Shown: in pieces, positions 23,223 to 36,247 of the stretch
How the letters are laid out: every line of letters begins with the position of its first letter
How positions within the stretch are numbered: the first letter of the stretch is position 1
DNA from: Bugula neritina
Taxonomy: Eukaryota; Animalia; Bryozoa
NCBI GenBank assembly: GCA_964035545.1
Contig: OZ037766.1
Location: 31,982,773-32,046,772, forward strand
Length of the DNA: 64,000 bases
Direction: 5' to 3'
Notes under the pieces: generated by a model
Seen by the model: only the letters and a program-made list of their open reading frames with translations
Told to the model about the DNA's origin: nothing
Databases searched by the model: none
Program-made: the position numbers and the translations under genes

Positions 23223-26200
23223 TCATACTGCTGAGACATCAATTGTAAGCGTGTTCTCACTCTCACTGTCATTTTCGTCCCCAGAAGGTGGACTTTTATT
23301 CCTTTCATTTAATCCATCAACATTTATACTATTACTAGTATTACTGTCCATTTCTTCATCTTGTCTTTCATTTTTAATTTTAATACCTTCATAGTTGTGA
23401 GCGCTTTTGGTAGGTACAATGATAGGTACCCGGTCAATAGGATACTCATAATCTAACTTTTCGTCTTTAATACTGGCTGCCAATGCTGCCGTTGTGACGG
23501 TTTTGCCGTGTAGATGGGGAGACAGGCTAGGCGGGTGATTAACATGACTCACAACTGTAGGAACGAGAGGAGGGGGTGATGCTTTGCTATCAAACATGGC
23601 TGCTGACGCTGTCGCGGGAGTTGGAAGAGAGTATGTGTACGGCCGAGGAAGTTGACTGCGAGACCGCTGCACTTTCTTTGGCAGCTCCTCTCCGCAGTCG
23701 ATCTCCACGATATTCTTGGGCACCTCAGCAAACTGGTAAACTAGTCGCTGCCCATCTACCTTGTTTAGAATTCCTCTGGCGTAGTAGTACCTGTGGAAAC
23801 AATTTTATCTTTTAAAAGTTGTTTCCATTATCATTATGCATAAAAATGAAATGCATAGAATAGTTGGCAGAAAAGTGTCTAATAGAATCATGCTTAACAA
23901 CATACCGTAAAGCCCGGCCCATTGTTTCATAATTCATGTCGGGTTTGCCCTTATGTTGACCCCACAATTTGGAAACAGCTTTGGAGTCCATCAGTTTAAA
24001 GATTCCAGTCTTCCTATTGGTCCATTTGATATATCGCGGACATGTTTCTTTGTTTTGTAGAAGTTTGAGCAAAAATTCCCACAAGTACGTTGTGCCACCT
24101 GCATAGAAATAACGAGACGTTTTTATCCCTGACCTCACATCCTATTTTAGTCAATCAATTAGTTGCTAGGCAACTGGAGGCCATCTTGCTGTAATATCTC
24201 CTAATGATATTCAATCTATTGAACTTTCTATTTAAAGACAAAATAATTGCATCTAAATGAATGTTATTCTACGGGTAGAGCAACTGCAAAGTCAAACCTT
24301 CTTTTCTAGCCCGCTTTCCTGTCGGTTTAACGGTTGAAGAGACGGCCTCCTCTTCCTCCTCGTCAAACTCATCGGCCAACGAATCTCGGGCTTTTCTTTT
24401 ACATGACAAATCTTTGACCTTCCCTGAAAGGTCACACAGATTTGCAGACGTTGAATCAGGAGCCGACAGATGGCGTTGCTGTATAAATAAAACAAAAAAT
24501 AAGCTAATTTAAAGGTTTTCAATTTCAAGTCTTGTTATTTTGTGAAATACTGAATAAATTAAAGATAAATAATTGAAATTAAATTAAATTGATCCACTGA
24601 GGGATGATTCACAGAAACCGCCTCCATTCATTGCAGAAAGGACGATTAATTCTCTACACTTGACAGAATTCGGTCACTTAAACCAACACCCAAGTAGCTG
24701 TATAAAATAATGTAACCAAACACAAAGCACTGGAAACCTGGGGGAAATGGCATTATGACTGCAAGGGGTTTGCAACCACTAATGTGACAGCGAGATTAAT
24801 GTGGCGCAGCTGGGCAGTCACTGTGTTCGAGCCAACCTACCGTAACGGATTTAGGTGAGACAACTTTACTGGTGGTGGTTGGTCCGTTCCGAGCTAACCT
24901 CTGTAAACTGTCGATTGGCGTGATACTGCTTTGAGAATGAGTGAGATAAGATTGAGAATGTGAAGATGAGGGAATGTTGAAGATTGGATACGCTCCTGAA
25001 AGTAGCACAGTTATCATGTAGTATTATATAATCATACTGTATATAACACAGTTACCATGTAGTATTATATAATCATACTGTATATAACACAGTTACCATG
25101 TAGTATTATATAATCATACTGTATATAACACAGTTATCATGTAGTATTATATAATCAGATCAAGTCTCACACTTAAATAGTGTAGATAATTCCCAATTGC
25201 GTGACAACTTGAGTAAAAACACAATATATAATTCGCCATGCAATACATACCAGATGAATTGGGTATAATGGAATACAAGCTGCTCTTCGGGACATCTGGG
25301 TTGTTTTCTGGTTCACCTATACCACTATCTGGGCTGTCAGTAGAGAGTCCCCCTACAACATCCAAACAAGCTAGTTCCACAGGCTATATAGGTCACAAAA
25401 GCTCAATACATATACTTAGCTTTAGTAAAAAGTATCTGGTATAAAATTTTTGTTTCATAAAATATGCTTCTCAAGGAAAACATAATTATGTAAAAGTTTC
25501 AAATTTTCTTCAAGAAAACTCAATTTAGGAAGTAAAATAAAATAATGACCACGTATTTCAGACGGCTCGTTAGTTTATTTATAACACGCCTCATCTTGCT
25601 TATTTGTATATATGCAGTGCATTAATCTGGAAATATGCATACCAGAAGTTTTCCCTGTCCTGGGTGATTTCCCAGATGCACCGGGAGTTGCTCTCTCAAT
25701 TGCTAGCAAACCCTGGGCAGCTTCGGCTCTTCGTTCAGTTTCATCATCCGCTGTAATAACAAATTGTTGACTGAATTTTCTAGTTACTAACTATTTAGGT
25801 GAAGGTTATATTCCAGGAAATCTTACGTTTAGGTAATATAAGTATTAATTAATAATAAATTCACCACTTGGCTAGTTAAATCATTGCAATCCTTTTGCTA
25901 TGAATTTCTGGAAAATCATCCTATTGAAACTTGTGTATAAAAATGATAGTTGTCAGTGATTGTGATGTACAGGGTTGGGCTGTAAACAAACATTTTATCA
26001 TCAATACAAAGAAAATCCATAGTTTTGAAAATAAATGTCAAATAACACTTTGGCAACTTGCCATGGAAATATCTGGTTTAATTTGATTTGAAACAGGAAG
26101 CGAGATTAATTTGAAGAGAGGATGAAAATAGTGGAATGTGATGGGAGATGCTGGAGTCAACAAGAAGGAGCTTGTGACAAACGTGACTATTTGGGCTGCA

Positions 26201-29200
26201 GTTAGGATTGATTTCCTGACAAGTGACGAGTGATGAATCTACATGTCAACTGCAGAGTAAATCTGCAGCAGACATGGTGGGTGGTAAAGCAGAGTCATTT
26301 AGTAAGGCAGAGCATATCTGCAGCAGACATGGTGGGTGGTAAAGAAGAGCCATTGCCAGCAGCAGGGTAAATTTACAGCAGACATGGTGGGTGGTAAAGA
26401 AGTGTCATTTAGTAAGGCAGGAGTAGAGCAAGTCATGTGTTTAATAAAGTACTTTTGAGCACATGCAGGGTGCTGTTACTGGTACATACAAATATAAGCT
26501 ATACATGTAGTAAGCCTGTATTACCATAGCAGCTACAATGGAATCTATGCTAATGATGACATATTCTAGAGTAGCTGTTATCGCAGCAACGCCCATTACC
26601 ACATTACGACAGAATAGTACAACACTGAAGCACTTATTATTAATTTCCTTTTCAGACGGCCCCAGCAAGTTTTAGGCCCAAAAGGGAATTGCAAAATGTT
26701 TTAATAAGTCTTTAAACACCCTGCCCTGGCTACAATATCACCGTTAATGTAAATTACTGGTGCAGAAGAAACCCAACAAATTAGTGAATAAAACGATTCA
26801 ACTACAACCCATGATGTAATATTGCCCTGTTTCAGGAGATGAGCACTGAATAATCTATATTAGCAAATAGAAAAGTCAGTTTTTTGTTTTCCCTTCCATC
26901 AGTGATGAAGATTGTCTCCAGGTACGTCAGCTGATACAATCACGTGATCAAGGTGAAAAACAGTGCACATCCCTCGAACAACTTTACTTCCTCATTCTCT
27001 ACGAACGCTTGCCTTTAGTTTACGTTTGCTGGGTTCACGCGTGCTTGTTTTGCACGATATTTTTCTACATTCACTACTACACTACAACTCTCACAGTACT
27101 ACTATACTACAACTCTCACAGTACTACTACACTACAACTTTCACAGTACTACTATACTACAACTCTCACAGTACTACTATACTACAACTCTCACAGTACT
27201 ACTATACTACAACTCTCACAGTACTATACTACAACTCTCACAGTACTACTACACTACAACTCTCACAGTACTATACTACAACTCTCACAGTACTACTACA
27301 CTACAACTCTCACAGTACTACTACACTACAACTGTCAGTTCACAGTATGATAAACTCTGAACGATAAACCAAGATCACATTACTTATGAGTTGGCATCAG
27401 GAAATGGCATGATTTGCTAAGCAGATTAAACTTGCTAATGGATATGAATTTACAACTTGCAGCAGATAAGCTGGTTTGCTCGAATGACTATTGCCTAGTA
27501 GGTGTGGCTAGTAACTCTAATAAACAACTAGGGAAGTTGTCTTCTAATGGGGGTGAGGGACATGCTCCATATCCGACTGATAGCTGCGTTCTGTGACCGC
27601 AAGGCTATGAATTTCAGGTAACATGGCTTCTAACTTCACACCAGAGCAGGTTGACTGACAATGAATTTCTGCCTACTAACCACTAGTAACTAAACATTGG
27701 TAACGAATCACTAGTAATTAAGTGCTAGTCACTAAATACTAGTTACTTTGTAACTGAGAACTATCAACAACCATATGTTTTTTGAAAAGACTGAAGTTTT
27801 TGAGATAAATGACAGAAATGTGCCAGGAAAATCTTAAAAAGAATCCACAAAAATGTTTTAGTTTGTCTATAAAAGTAGAGTGCAAATGTTTTTCTAGTTA
27901 TCTAAGCCACTTTGTCCCTATTGTCGGCCATTTAGATGAAATCTTTTATGCAGTAGGTCTGGAATTCCCACAAAAATCAAGGATATTTCCCACTAACTTC
28001 ATCTTTCATAACACTGAGCTAAACTGGGGGAAACATTTGATATAGTTTAATTAGCTTCACAAGGCTGCTGAGCTACAACAATGGCCCCACATTCCTGGGA
28101 GGGGGAAGAAACACCCTTCAAAAGAATTTCCTGTAACTGTTAGGAAGAAAATAGAATGACATGATAAAAATGTCATTTAAACTGCATAAAGACATTTGCA
28201 TATTGTCAGTGGTAATGACACTGCATTCTAGAAACTTCTAGTCTGTTATGGCTCAATAGAACGAAGAGATGTTCTCTGTAGAAAATTTATGTGACTTGAC
28301 TAGCACTTCCATAACATACATGCTTCATGTGGTTTAAAAACTCAAATTTTCAAGAGTTATATTTATGAAATACAACAGCAATATTTTACAATAGTGAATT
28401 CTTACTGTATTTCAAATATTAAAATTTTCCGAGTGGAAAAAATCATTAGCTCAACATCCATGTTCACTAATCCATACCCTAGCGACAGCACCCTCTCTCT
28501 ACCACCTGGTTACATCCACTCCTGACACGCCCACATGGACTACAATCTAAGCCTTTTGATAATGATACAAAGAGCTGGCAGTAAACAGGCTTTCAGTGAA
28601 TATAGGTCAACGCAATAACAACTCGTCTGCATGCGTTAATATTATTACACTGCCCTAGAAATGAAAAAACAGCTGCTCGCCTGTTGTTATGCCGTGTGTA
28701 TGCACATCCTGTATTGTGTAACTTCAACTGATTCACTCGACAAACACATGAAACCAGCTCTACTCTGAATCACTCATGGAATGCTCTTAACATTCAAATA
28801 ACAGGAAGTGGCACAGGCTAAAGGACATTTGAACTAAACCGATGCTATGACGAAGCTATGACGCAATGCTCCTTACTTTTTGTCCAATGAATTTTCAACA
28901 TTCCCAAGCTTAGTGGAATAAAAAATGATTAAAAAGCAATATTTGATTTCAAAACAAATGATGCAAGTTGGGTGTTTAACGTTGAAAATATGAAATTTGC
29001 TCTTCTATTATAGAGAGAGTGAGAGTCACTAGATAGGGGGAAGGAGGGGGTGAAGACGGTGCCAGGTACAAAAACAAATACGCATTAGAAAGGCATGTGG
29101 CTCATGTACAAGCATAAGTGGAAATAGCTGCTAGCTGTGACAGAATATGGCTGACTAGAGTACACCCAGGCAGGGTGTAACGTGAAATGATATGTTTACT

Positions 29201-32200
29201 AGATTTAGTTTTTAAAAACACAAGTTAGAGGGCCACTTTGATAGTGAGCAAGTACTACTAGTAGCTACAGTACATAGAGTTGTAAATGCATGTATAATGA
29301 TTTCTCTATTGTTTTAGCTGTGTGTATCACGGAACAGATATGGAAAGCAGAAAGCCATTTCCTCAGCTGAATAATAATTACGACTAGCCCTGTATATAAT
29401 TAACTTCAGGTGGCTTACACAGCTATTTCCTCATGGCCTAGTTAGAGAGCAGACCATTACTACTACAGGGGTGTAGACAGAGTCTGGGATGTTTAAACTG
29501 AATATCTAAAACACATTTTCTAAGACCCATGTTCTAAACCAAATGTTCTAGTAGTCACCCATTCTTGTTTACCTTTGTTAAGTTCCAGTTAATGGAGTTA
29601 GAGGAGAATATTATTACTAACAAAATATAAACACGTTGCTTAAAATAGGAGTATGGTTTGATGATGTTACCAATAAATTAAATTTCTGCAGTTACATGGG
29701 AAAAATTGAATTCATTGATGATATTTAAAAATAACATACCACGAACTTAAAACTGGAAATTTTATGCATGCAACCCGAGCTAAAAGAAAATGAGCATGTG
29801 GAATAGTAAACCCCCACTCAATTGTGGAACAGCTGGCTACACTCCTTTAGAGTTAGCGCCAGACTGCTAGGAAAAGCAGGTCATATGAATAAACTCGCAG
29901 CTGGAGGGTCTAGCTCTGATTCTGTGTTTTCAATCTATGGATTGACTGCGTGTTTGAAGCCACCCGGATAAAAGCAAACAGTATGTAATATTGTGGCTAC
30001 ATTTCCTCATATTCTTTACATGCTTATTGTATTACCTACAGTTGCTATCAATTTTAGCCTCTAGTAACTGCACAAGGGTAACAGCTGTAGACATGCTTGC
30101 TGGTATTAGTGTTGTAACAACGCGGCACCAGTAACTACTGCGGATGGGGGTTATAGACTGAAAAGAGAGACAGGGTGAAACTGGCCAGCTGTTGAGTGAC
30201 CAGGGCATGTAGGAAGGAAGGAGAGTTGAGTGACTGAAAGGTTAAGTGACTGTGCATTCATGCGTATCAAGACTAAACTTGGAATGAGTCCAAAATCTTG
30301 CCTTTCTAGGCATGTAGGTAAACGTGCGGAGCAAAGGAGGCATGGCAGTGTATAGCAACTGGCGTTCAGTTTCTGATTTGTTAGTCTAGTATGTTATCGC
30401 AAGGAAATCAGCTAGACTATCAACTAAAGGCAGCCGGGCTGTGTGGGTAGGGGGCACACAGCTGACCCCCCCCCCAACTTAAAGATAATCTGTACAGTCA
30501 CTTGGCCTGATGTTAATCTGAAGAGTTTATTTATGTGACCGCATTTTATCTCTACCTTGTAAATATAAGTAGCGTTAGACTATGTTACATGTTTGATATG
30601 CCACAATATTCACCAGTATAAATTACAGTCAATACGTGACAAGCCGCCCTAGGAAATTGAGAGACATTGTAAAATATCGGTGATTGATTGAAGAAAAGTT
30701 ACATAACAGAAATACTCCAGGGATAGTTTAGATTAATACTGTCCCCCCTCCCCCTGAGGTTAACCAATCCGTCACTGCAACCACACAAAGCCAAAGTGGA
30801 ATTGTTGAGCCCACAAGCTACCAGCATAGAAAGCAGCGTAACACTCCCTTAGATTCAGTCCCACAGGCCCTGTAGTCAAAGTAGTTTCTAAGTTCTTGCT
30901 CTATTTAACAAGTTGTTGACCCTATGGGAATCCCCCTATATCCCCAAGACACAGTTTCCTGAAGCATTAGCCAATGCCAGTACAAAATGATGGACCAAAA
31001 GTCGCTCACAAAGTTTATGTTGATTGCACAATACAGGAGATAAATGAAGCTTTTTACAGGTGATCCTGTAAAGGCAATAAAGCAACTTTGACAAAAATGA
31101 AATGTGCAACTGCAAAACAGTATCACGCCATTATGAACTTGGCAAGCCATGACTTGACTAGCCATGACTTGACTAGCCATGACTTGACTAGCCATGACTT
31201 GACTAGCCATGACTTGACTAGCCATGACTTGACTAGCCATGACTTGACTAGCCATGACTTGACTAGCCATGACTTGACTAGCCATGACTTGACTAGCCAT
31301 GACTTGACTAGCCATGACTTGGCAAGCCATGACTTGACTAGCCATGACTTGACTAGCAATGACTTTATTTGCCAACAACTAGCACTGCCTGTTGTATGTC
31401 AGAATTTCACAAGCACCGACTGCTTTTTGTCAGATGGGGACTGTAAGAACACTAGCTAGCACTGAGTGTTAGTGTCAAAAGATCCATAGAAAAATGTTTG
31501 AAGTGGGCTCATGTGTTAAGCTCACTGGAGCTGAAAAGAAGTAGACGCAGTAATGAATAACAATAAGTGAACCTATTCAAATATTCAACCAGTAGGAAAC
31601 ATTATCTTCCTGAATATACAAAAGAAATATTTACAAAGGAAAAGAATTAGGCATTCACAGGAGAGAAATAATATAAGAATTGCATACACTGAATTACAAT
31701 GGGGTTGTATTTAGTTTGCCATGAATAATTCTATTCAATCAAAATAGAGTTAGTGATTTAGATTATACGTAGCTTGAGAAACTAGGAAGGAATTTGGCTG
31801 ATTAGCAATCCCAAATTCACCGGCAACCAAGTAGCTGACTGAGGCAGTTGAAAACTAAACACTCAGGGAACTGCTGTCAAGTTGTAAACTGCTGCCATTG
31901 ATATATTCCAAATACTCCTTTAATCATTAGTTTAGGTCACATGATTGGAGTGGCGGCTACTGTAGTAGTGACTACTGTAGTGGTTAGTACTGTAGTGGTT
32001 ACTGTAGTAGTTAGTACTGACTGTAGTAGTGACTACTGACTGTAGTAGTGATTACACACATGCTTGTTATTTCACATTACTCAATTTCAAGTAGGAGTAA
32101 AATTGAAACAGGATGGGGCTATTTATTGAAATATCCAGTTAGTCAAAGTGATGCAACTGCTGTTTAGCAAGAAAATAAATATTATCCTATTGCGTTTACA

Positions 32201-33481
32201 GAAAGCTTCAACAAAATCGGGTACGCAATGTTTCATGCTGCATTGCACTTAATATCAACTTATTAGCAGATAATGGAGCCAAGCTGAAGAAAAAGTTGTA
32301 ACAGGATACAAGCTCGACTGAGAAACCAGGAAATGCCAGGTGTTTCTGGTAACTCATTCTTGGCAGGTGGCCAGAAACATCAGGCATGTGGGGTGAAAAT
32401 ATATCGAAATATACATATATATGATATCTAAGTATCAAGAGAAGAGAGAGAGGGAGAGAGAGGTAGAGAGGGAGAGAGGGGGAGAGGGAGAGGGAGGGGG
32501 AGAGTGAGGGGGAGAGGGAGAAGAGAGAGGGGGGGAGAGAGAGGGGAGAGGGAGGGGGATAGAGAGAGAGGGGAGAGAGAGAGGGGGGAGAGAGAGGGGA
32601 GAGAAAACAAAGAGTAGCTATAAAGGTTCTACAGCTTATGCCTATAGTTTAGATAACCTAATAGTAATAAATAACTAAAGAGAATATATTTTCATTGTCA
32701 TTTTTATACTGGATTAAAGGGAAAGGGCGTGGATATTTTCTAAAAAGCAAGCCCAAATTTAATTAACCAACTAAATTTGATCCCCAAAAAGACAATGTAG
32801 AAATTCGAATGCATTTCAGAAAATCTCTGATCATGTCACTGTATTAATTATGTAAATGGAGTCTTTTATTATCGTGTTAATTAGCACCAATGATTTCTTT
32901 CCTCTCAACAATTACAATTACTTTTATTTTAAAGATTATTAAGTCACAAATCAGCCTGCAGTGTACACTAAAAGTCGCGTACCTTGGTAATAGCGCTTGA
33001 GTATATTCTTTTTGTAGTAAGGATTCGGGTTAGCTAAATTTTCCTGACTTAGACTGAGCTCCCCAGTAGCCATATGAGTCACTTTTACTGGTGAACTGCT
33101 TTGTGAGTCTCGTTTTCTCTCCATGAGCATATCCTGCTGTCTGTGCTGTCTTTTAGGTTTTGTACTTAAATCCAATGGGGTATTATCGTCTGGCTGTAAA
33201 GGTGGAGCGGGAGCTGGCAGCGTTGGTTGAACAACTGGCACCATCGGCATCACCATAGGGGGCGCCACCATCGGCATCATCATTCGCATAGGCGAGGGAA
33301 TCATAAGTGGATTATAACAATACATCATGTTTTGAGGCATTCTCTGCATCACAGCTGTCTCTCCGCTGACTTTACCTGAAGGCATAGTAGCTGGCAGCAT
33401 CATCGACATTGGTGGTGCCATAGGCATGGCACCCATCATGCCCAGTCCCATGTTGAATGGGGGTGGTCTAGGTTGATCCAT
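23223..33481 (-). CDS. Eip74EF: ETS transcription factor, ELF1/2/4 - Eip74EF (E74) subfamily
   Basis: Exons 33481-32983, 25750-25643, 25352-25251, 24995-24841, 24478-24298, 24098-23906, 23790-23223. The ETS domain [96 protein letters not shown] is diagnostic of ELF/E74. Joining the first exon across the 7.2-kb intron is inferred from phase 1 compatibility. Confidence 0.88.
25006..25157. repeat. 41-bp minisatellite next to the acceptor of ETS exon 24995
   Basis: About 3.7 copies of CACAGTTAYCATGTAGTATTATATAATCATACTGTATATAA. Confidence 0.92.
26261..26420. repeat. Three diverged ~55-bp tandem units sharing CAGCAGACATGGTGGGTGGTAAAG
   Basis: The core is repeated three times; the flanks of units 1 and 3 both contain GTCATTTAGTAAGGCAG. 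Confidence 0.85.
27074..27332. repeat. 25-bp minisatellite (CTACACTACAACTCTCACAGTACTA)n
   Basis: About 10 copies in ETS intron 1. Confidence 0.93.
31141..31365. repeat. 15-bp minisatellite (GCCATGACTTGACTA)n
   Basis: About 15 copies in ETS intron 1. Confidence 0.95.
32437..32605. repeat. Polypurine (GA/GGA) tract
   Basis: About 170 nt that are almost entirely G and A on the + strand. Confidence 0.9.
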
Positions 33482-33848
33482 GTTCAGTGTGATAAATGAG
33501 CCCGAGGCAAGGCTATACTATAGCTGACCAACTCATATAGGGTATCCGTATTGTAATAAGTTCCCTTTAAATCAAAGTTTGCGCCTAGTTTTACTAGTTT
33601 TACTTACGGTTTTGCTGGTACGTCCTTTGGATTTTAATCAGCATTGGTTTTGCTTCTAAATTCCAGAAGTTGTAGTAGGAGTAGTAGTTTTATAAGTATA
33701 GCAGAAGTATTAGTATTAGTAGTAGAATATCAGCCGCTGTTCGCTGATAGTGATACTGATAAGCTAGAATAAATAAAAGTAGTTGTAACAATAAACCTCC
33801 CTTTCAGTCTTTACAGTAGTCGTGGTTGTATAGAGCACTTCGCAACGC

Positions 33849-33882
33849 CGTCCAATACCTCGCGCTTGTAACTGGCTACTAA
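33849..33882 (-). promoter_or_regulatory. Candidate Inr + DPE core promoter of the ETS gene
   Basis: On the minus strand, TTAGT with the A at 33880 taken as +1 places GGACG exactly at +28..+32 (DPE consensus RGWYV), about 400 nt upstream of the ATG. The motifs are short and could be chance. Confidence 0.3.
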
Positions 33883-35929
33883 GCAAAGTCTTTCGCTCTA
33901 GTTATTAACTCTTTGCCCTTCCAGCCCAATACATTTCACCCTCAAACAGGATATAGCAATTAATAGCCTCACACAGCGCAACTATCGCAGACGCTAGTCT
34001 CTACTATCGATATAATAGGAAATGAATAGCCAAGCGCATGCAAACTGTCACGTGACAACCACTGGCAATCAATGAAAAATAAAAGAGGCCATTTGAGGTA
34101 ATCCAGCACTTCCTGGTTTGCTGATCATGTCAACAGATTTTCTGGTGCATTATTTACATATTAATTCTTTATTTGCGTTATCATAATAAAATATTTAATA
34201 TTATAGCTAAAATGCAGTGTCATCAATAAATATTCATATATACTAGCCATCTGTCATGTTTTATTGTTTCGAAATAGATGGTGTGCCAAATTCTGATCCA
34301 TATATTATTTTCAGGCAACTAATAATGTTGTAGTAGTGAGGTTGTCAATGCTGGCAGATAAAAATTTTAATTTTTTTGCCAGACACGAATTTGCTGTAAC
34401 TGAGCCACTGCAACAACTTAGCATATTTCTCCCTGAAGAGCCTCACATTCTGATAATCTAGTTCACTACGCAACGTGACGTGATTTACGGGTCAATATAA
34501 ACCCACTCGTCAGCAACACGTGACTGCCCACTGGAAACTAGAGTGTTGGAATCTCTTAGGAGTCGTGTTGATACCATGAGACAATTGAGGGTGTGTAGGC
34601 CGTGTTAAAATGTTCACTCTTTCAACACAACCTGTACCAGTAGATTTCTAGCTTAGCTGACAGTTAATAGTTTCATAACTGAAAACTATTATTGTCTTAC
34701 TTTTGTCCCCTAGCTGTAAACTTGTTTCCTGCATAACTTTCTTTTGTTAATAGTTTGCATCAAATTTTCTTGAAGTCAGCATGAGCTAAAATTAGCCATG
34801 GTTTGATGATTATTGACAAAAACTTATACAAGCCATACATAACAATATTATCCGTTCTTTTTATAAAATACACCTTTTTTGAGATAATTATTAATTACTA
34901 GGGTGAAGCCTACTTGCCACTTTCTCTCGTAAAGTATGTAGTCATAAACAGTTGGCAGCAATCTGTAAGTACAACCGAGATAAGATAGAAGCAGTTTCTG
35001 TTAAAATCTTCTCCAAGTTGCTGATGATTGGCACCAAAACTGATTAGTGACTGTTAGTGCCAGAGTACTCAGGTTACACATAGTTATTAGGTGACTTCAG
35101 CTGACTGTATTCCACACTCATATCTGAAAGAATGATATTTTACACTCACGTTTTGTATAGCGCTGTTTCCAGTTTGAAAATGTATCAGATGACATCATAA
35201 AATGAGTATGTCCAGATGTGAGGACTGAGCAACTTTCAACTCTCAAGCTAAGCATGGCGCTGTATTATTCTAACCAATATAACTAAAGATTAAGGGATGT
35301 TTGTCAGTCAATTTGATTTGTCTCAAAACTCTGCCAGTTGACCGTGGGTGTTAGATGTCAAATAGCCAGATATGTTGGAGAAACGATCTCCTATCTGGTT
35401 CCGGCATGCTGACCGCTGGCCTGCAAATGTCCTTGGCAAATGTCAAATGATGTCACTTAGCTTGACCTTACATAGGTATGTGCGAAAAGTATGATCTATA
35501 TAAATTTAATAAAGCAGCATTATGCAGGTGGACAAGTGGTATTAAGCTGACAGTTTACCAAACTCTGTATTACACAATTCAAACCATGTCAACTTGACTC
35601 TCCAAGTGCAAACGTACTGCATGCTTAGCTAGAGGTTTTTGGCTTCTGGCACCGACACATTACACTAACTGTAGCTATTTTTGTTCAACTCCACAGAATT
35701 CACCCTGGGAGTTACTCAGCTATTACCACTAGCTATGAGAATAGAAGTGGTGTACGTTTACAGTGTCTAGTGTACCAAACTCTAGATCCGGGATTGGTAG
35801 ACCTGCTGGCCCCCTGACATGCAGGTATATATTATGAAAGTAAAGGTCAATAGCCAGAATAGGTATATAGGTGAATAGTACTGCAACTATTTCTTTATGC
35901 TCGCCAGTTTTATAACTCAACTTCTTTTA

Positions 35930-36247
35930 ATTTGACACTATGTACTGTGACACTACACTATATGGTACTGTATACTGTGACGCTACACTATATACTGTGA
36001 CACTACATTATGTACCGTGACACTTCACTATATACCGTGACACTTCACTATGTACTGTAACACTACACCATGTACTGTGACACTACACTATATATACACT
36101 GACACTACACTATATACTGTGGCACTACACTATGCACTGTGACACTACACTATATACCACTATATACTGTAATACTGTACCATATACTACTACATACTGT
36201 GACACTACACTATATAGTATATACTACTATATATACTGTAATACTGT
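35930..36247. repeat. Degenerate 20-bp minisatellite (ACTGTGACACTACACTATAT)
   Basis: About 14 diverged copies, intergenic. Confidence 0.85.

Noticed and set aside
26261-26420. Three 24-bp direct repeats with about 30-bp spacers (CRISPR-like)
   Set aside because: The sequences after repeats 1 and 3 are nearly the same, so this is a diverged tandem triplication.
30430-30777. Possible MITE ending CCCCC...AATCCGTCACTG
   Set aside because: I could not find a matching inverted terminus or target-site duplication.
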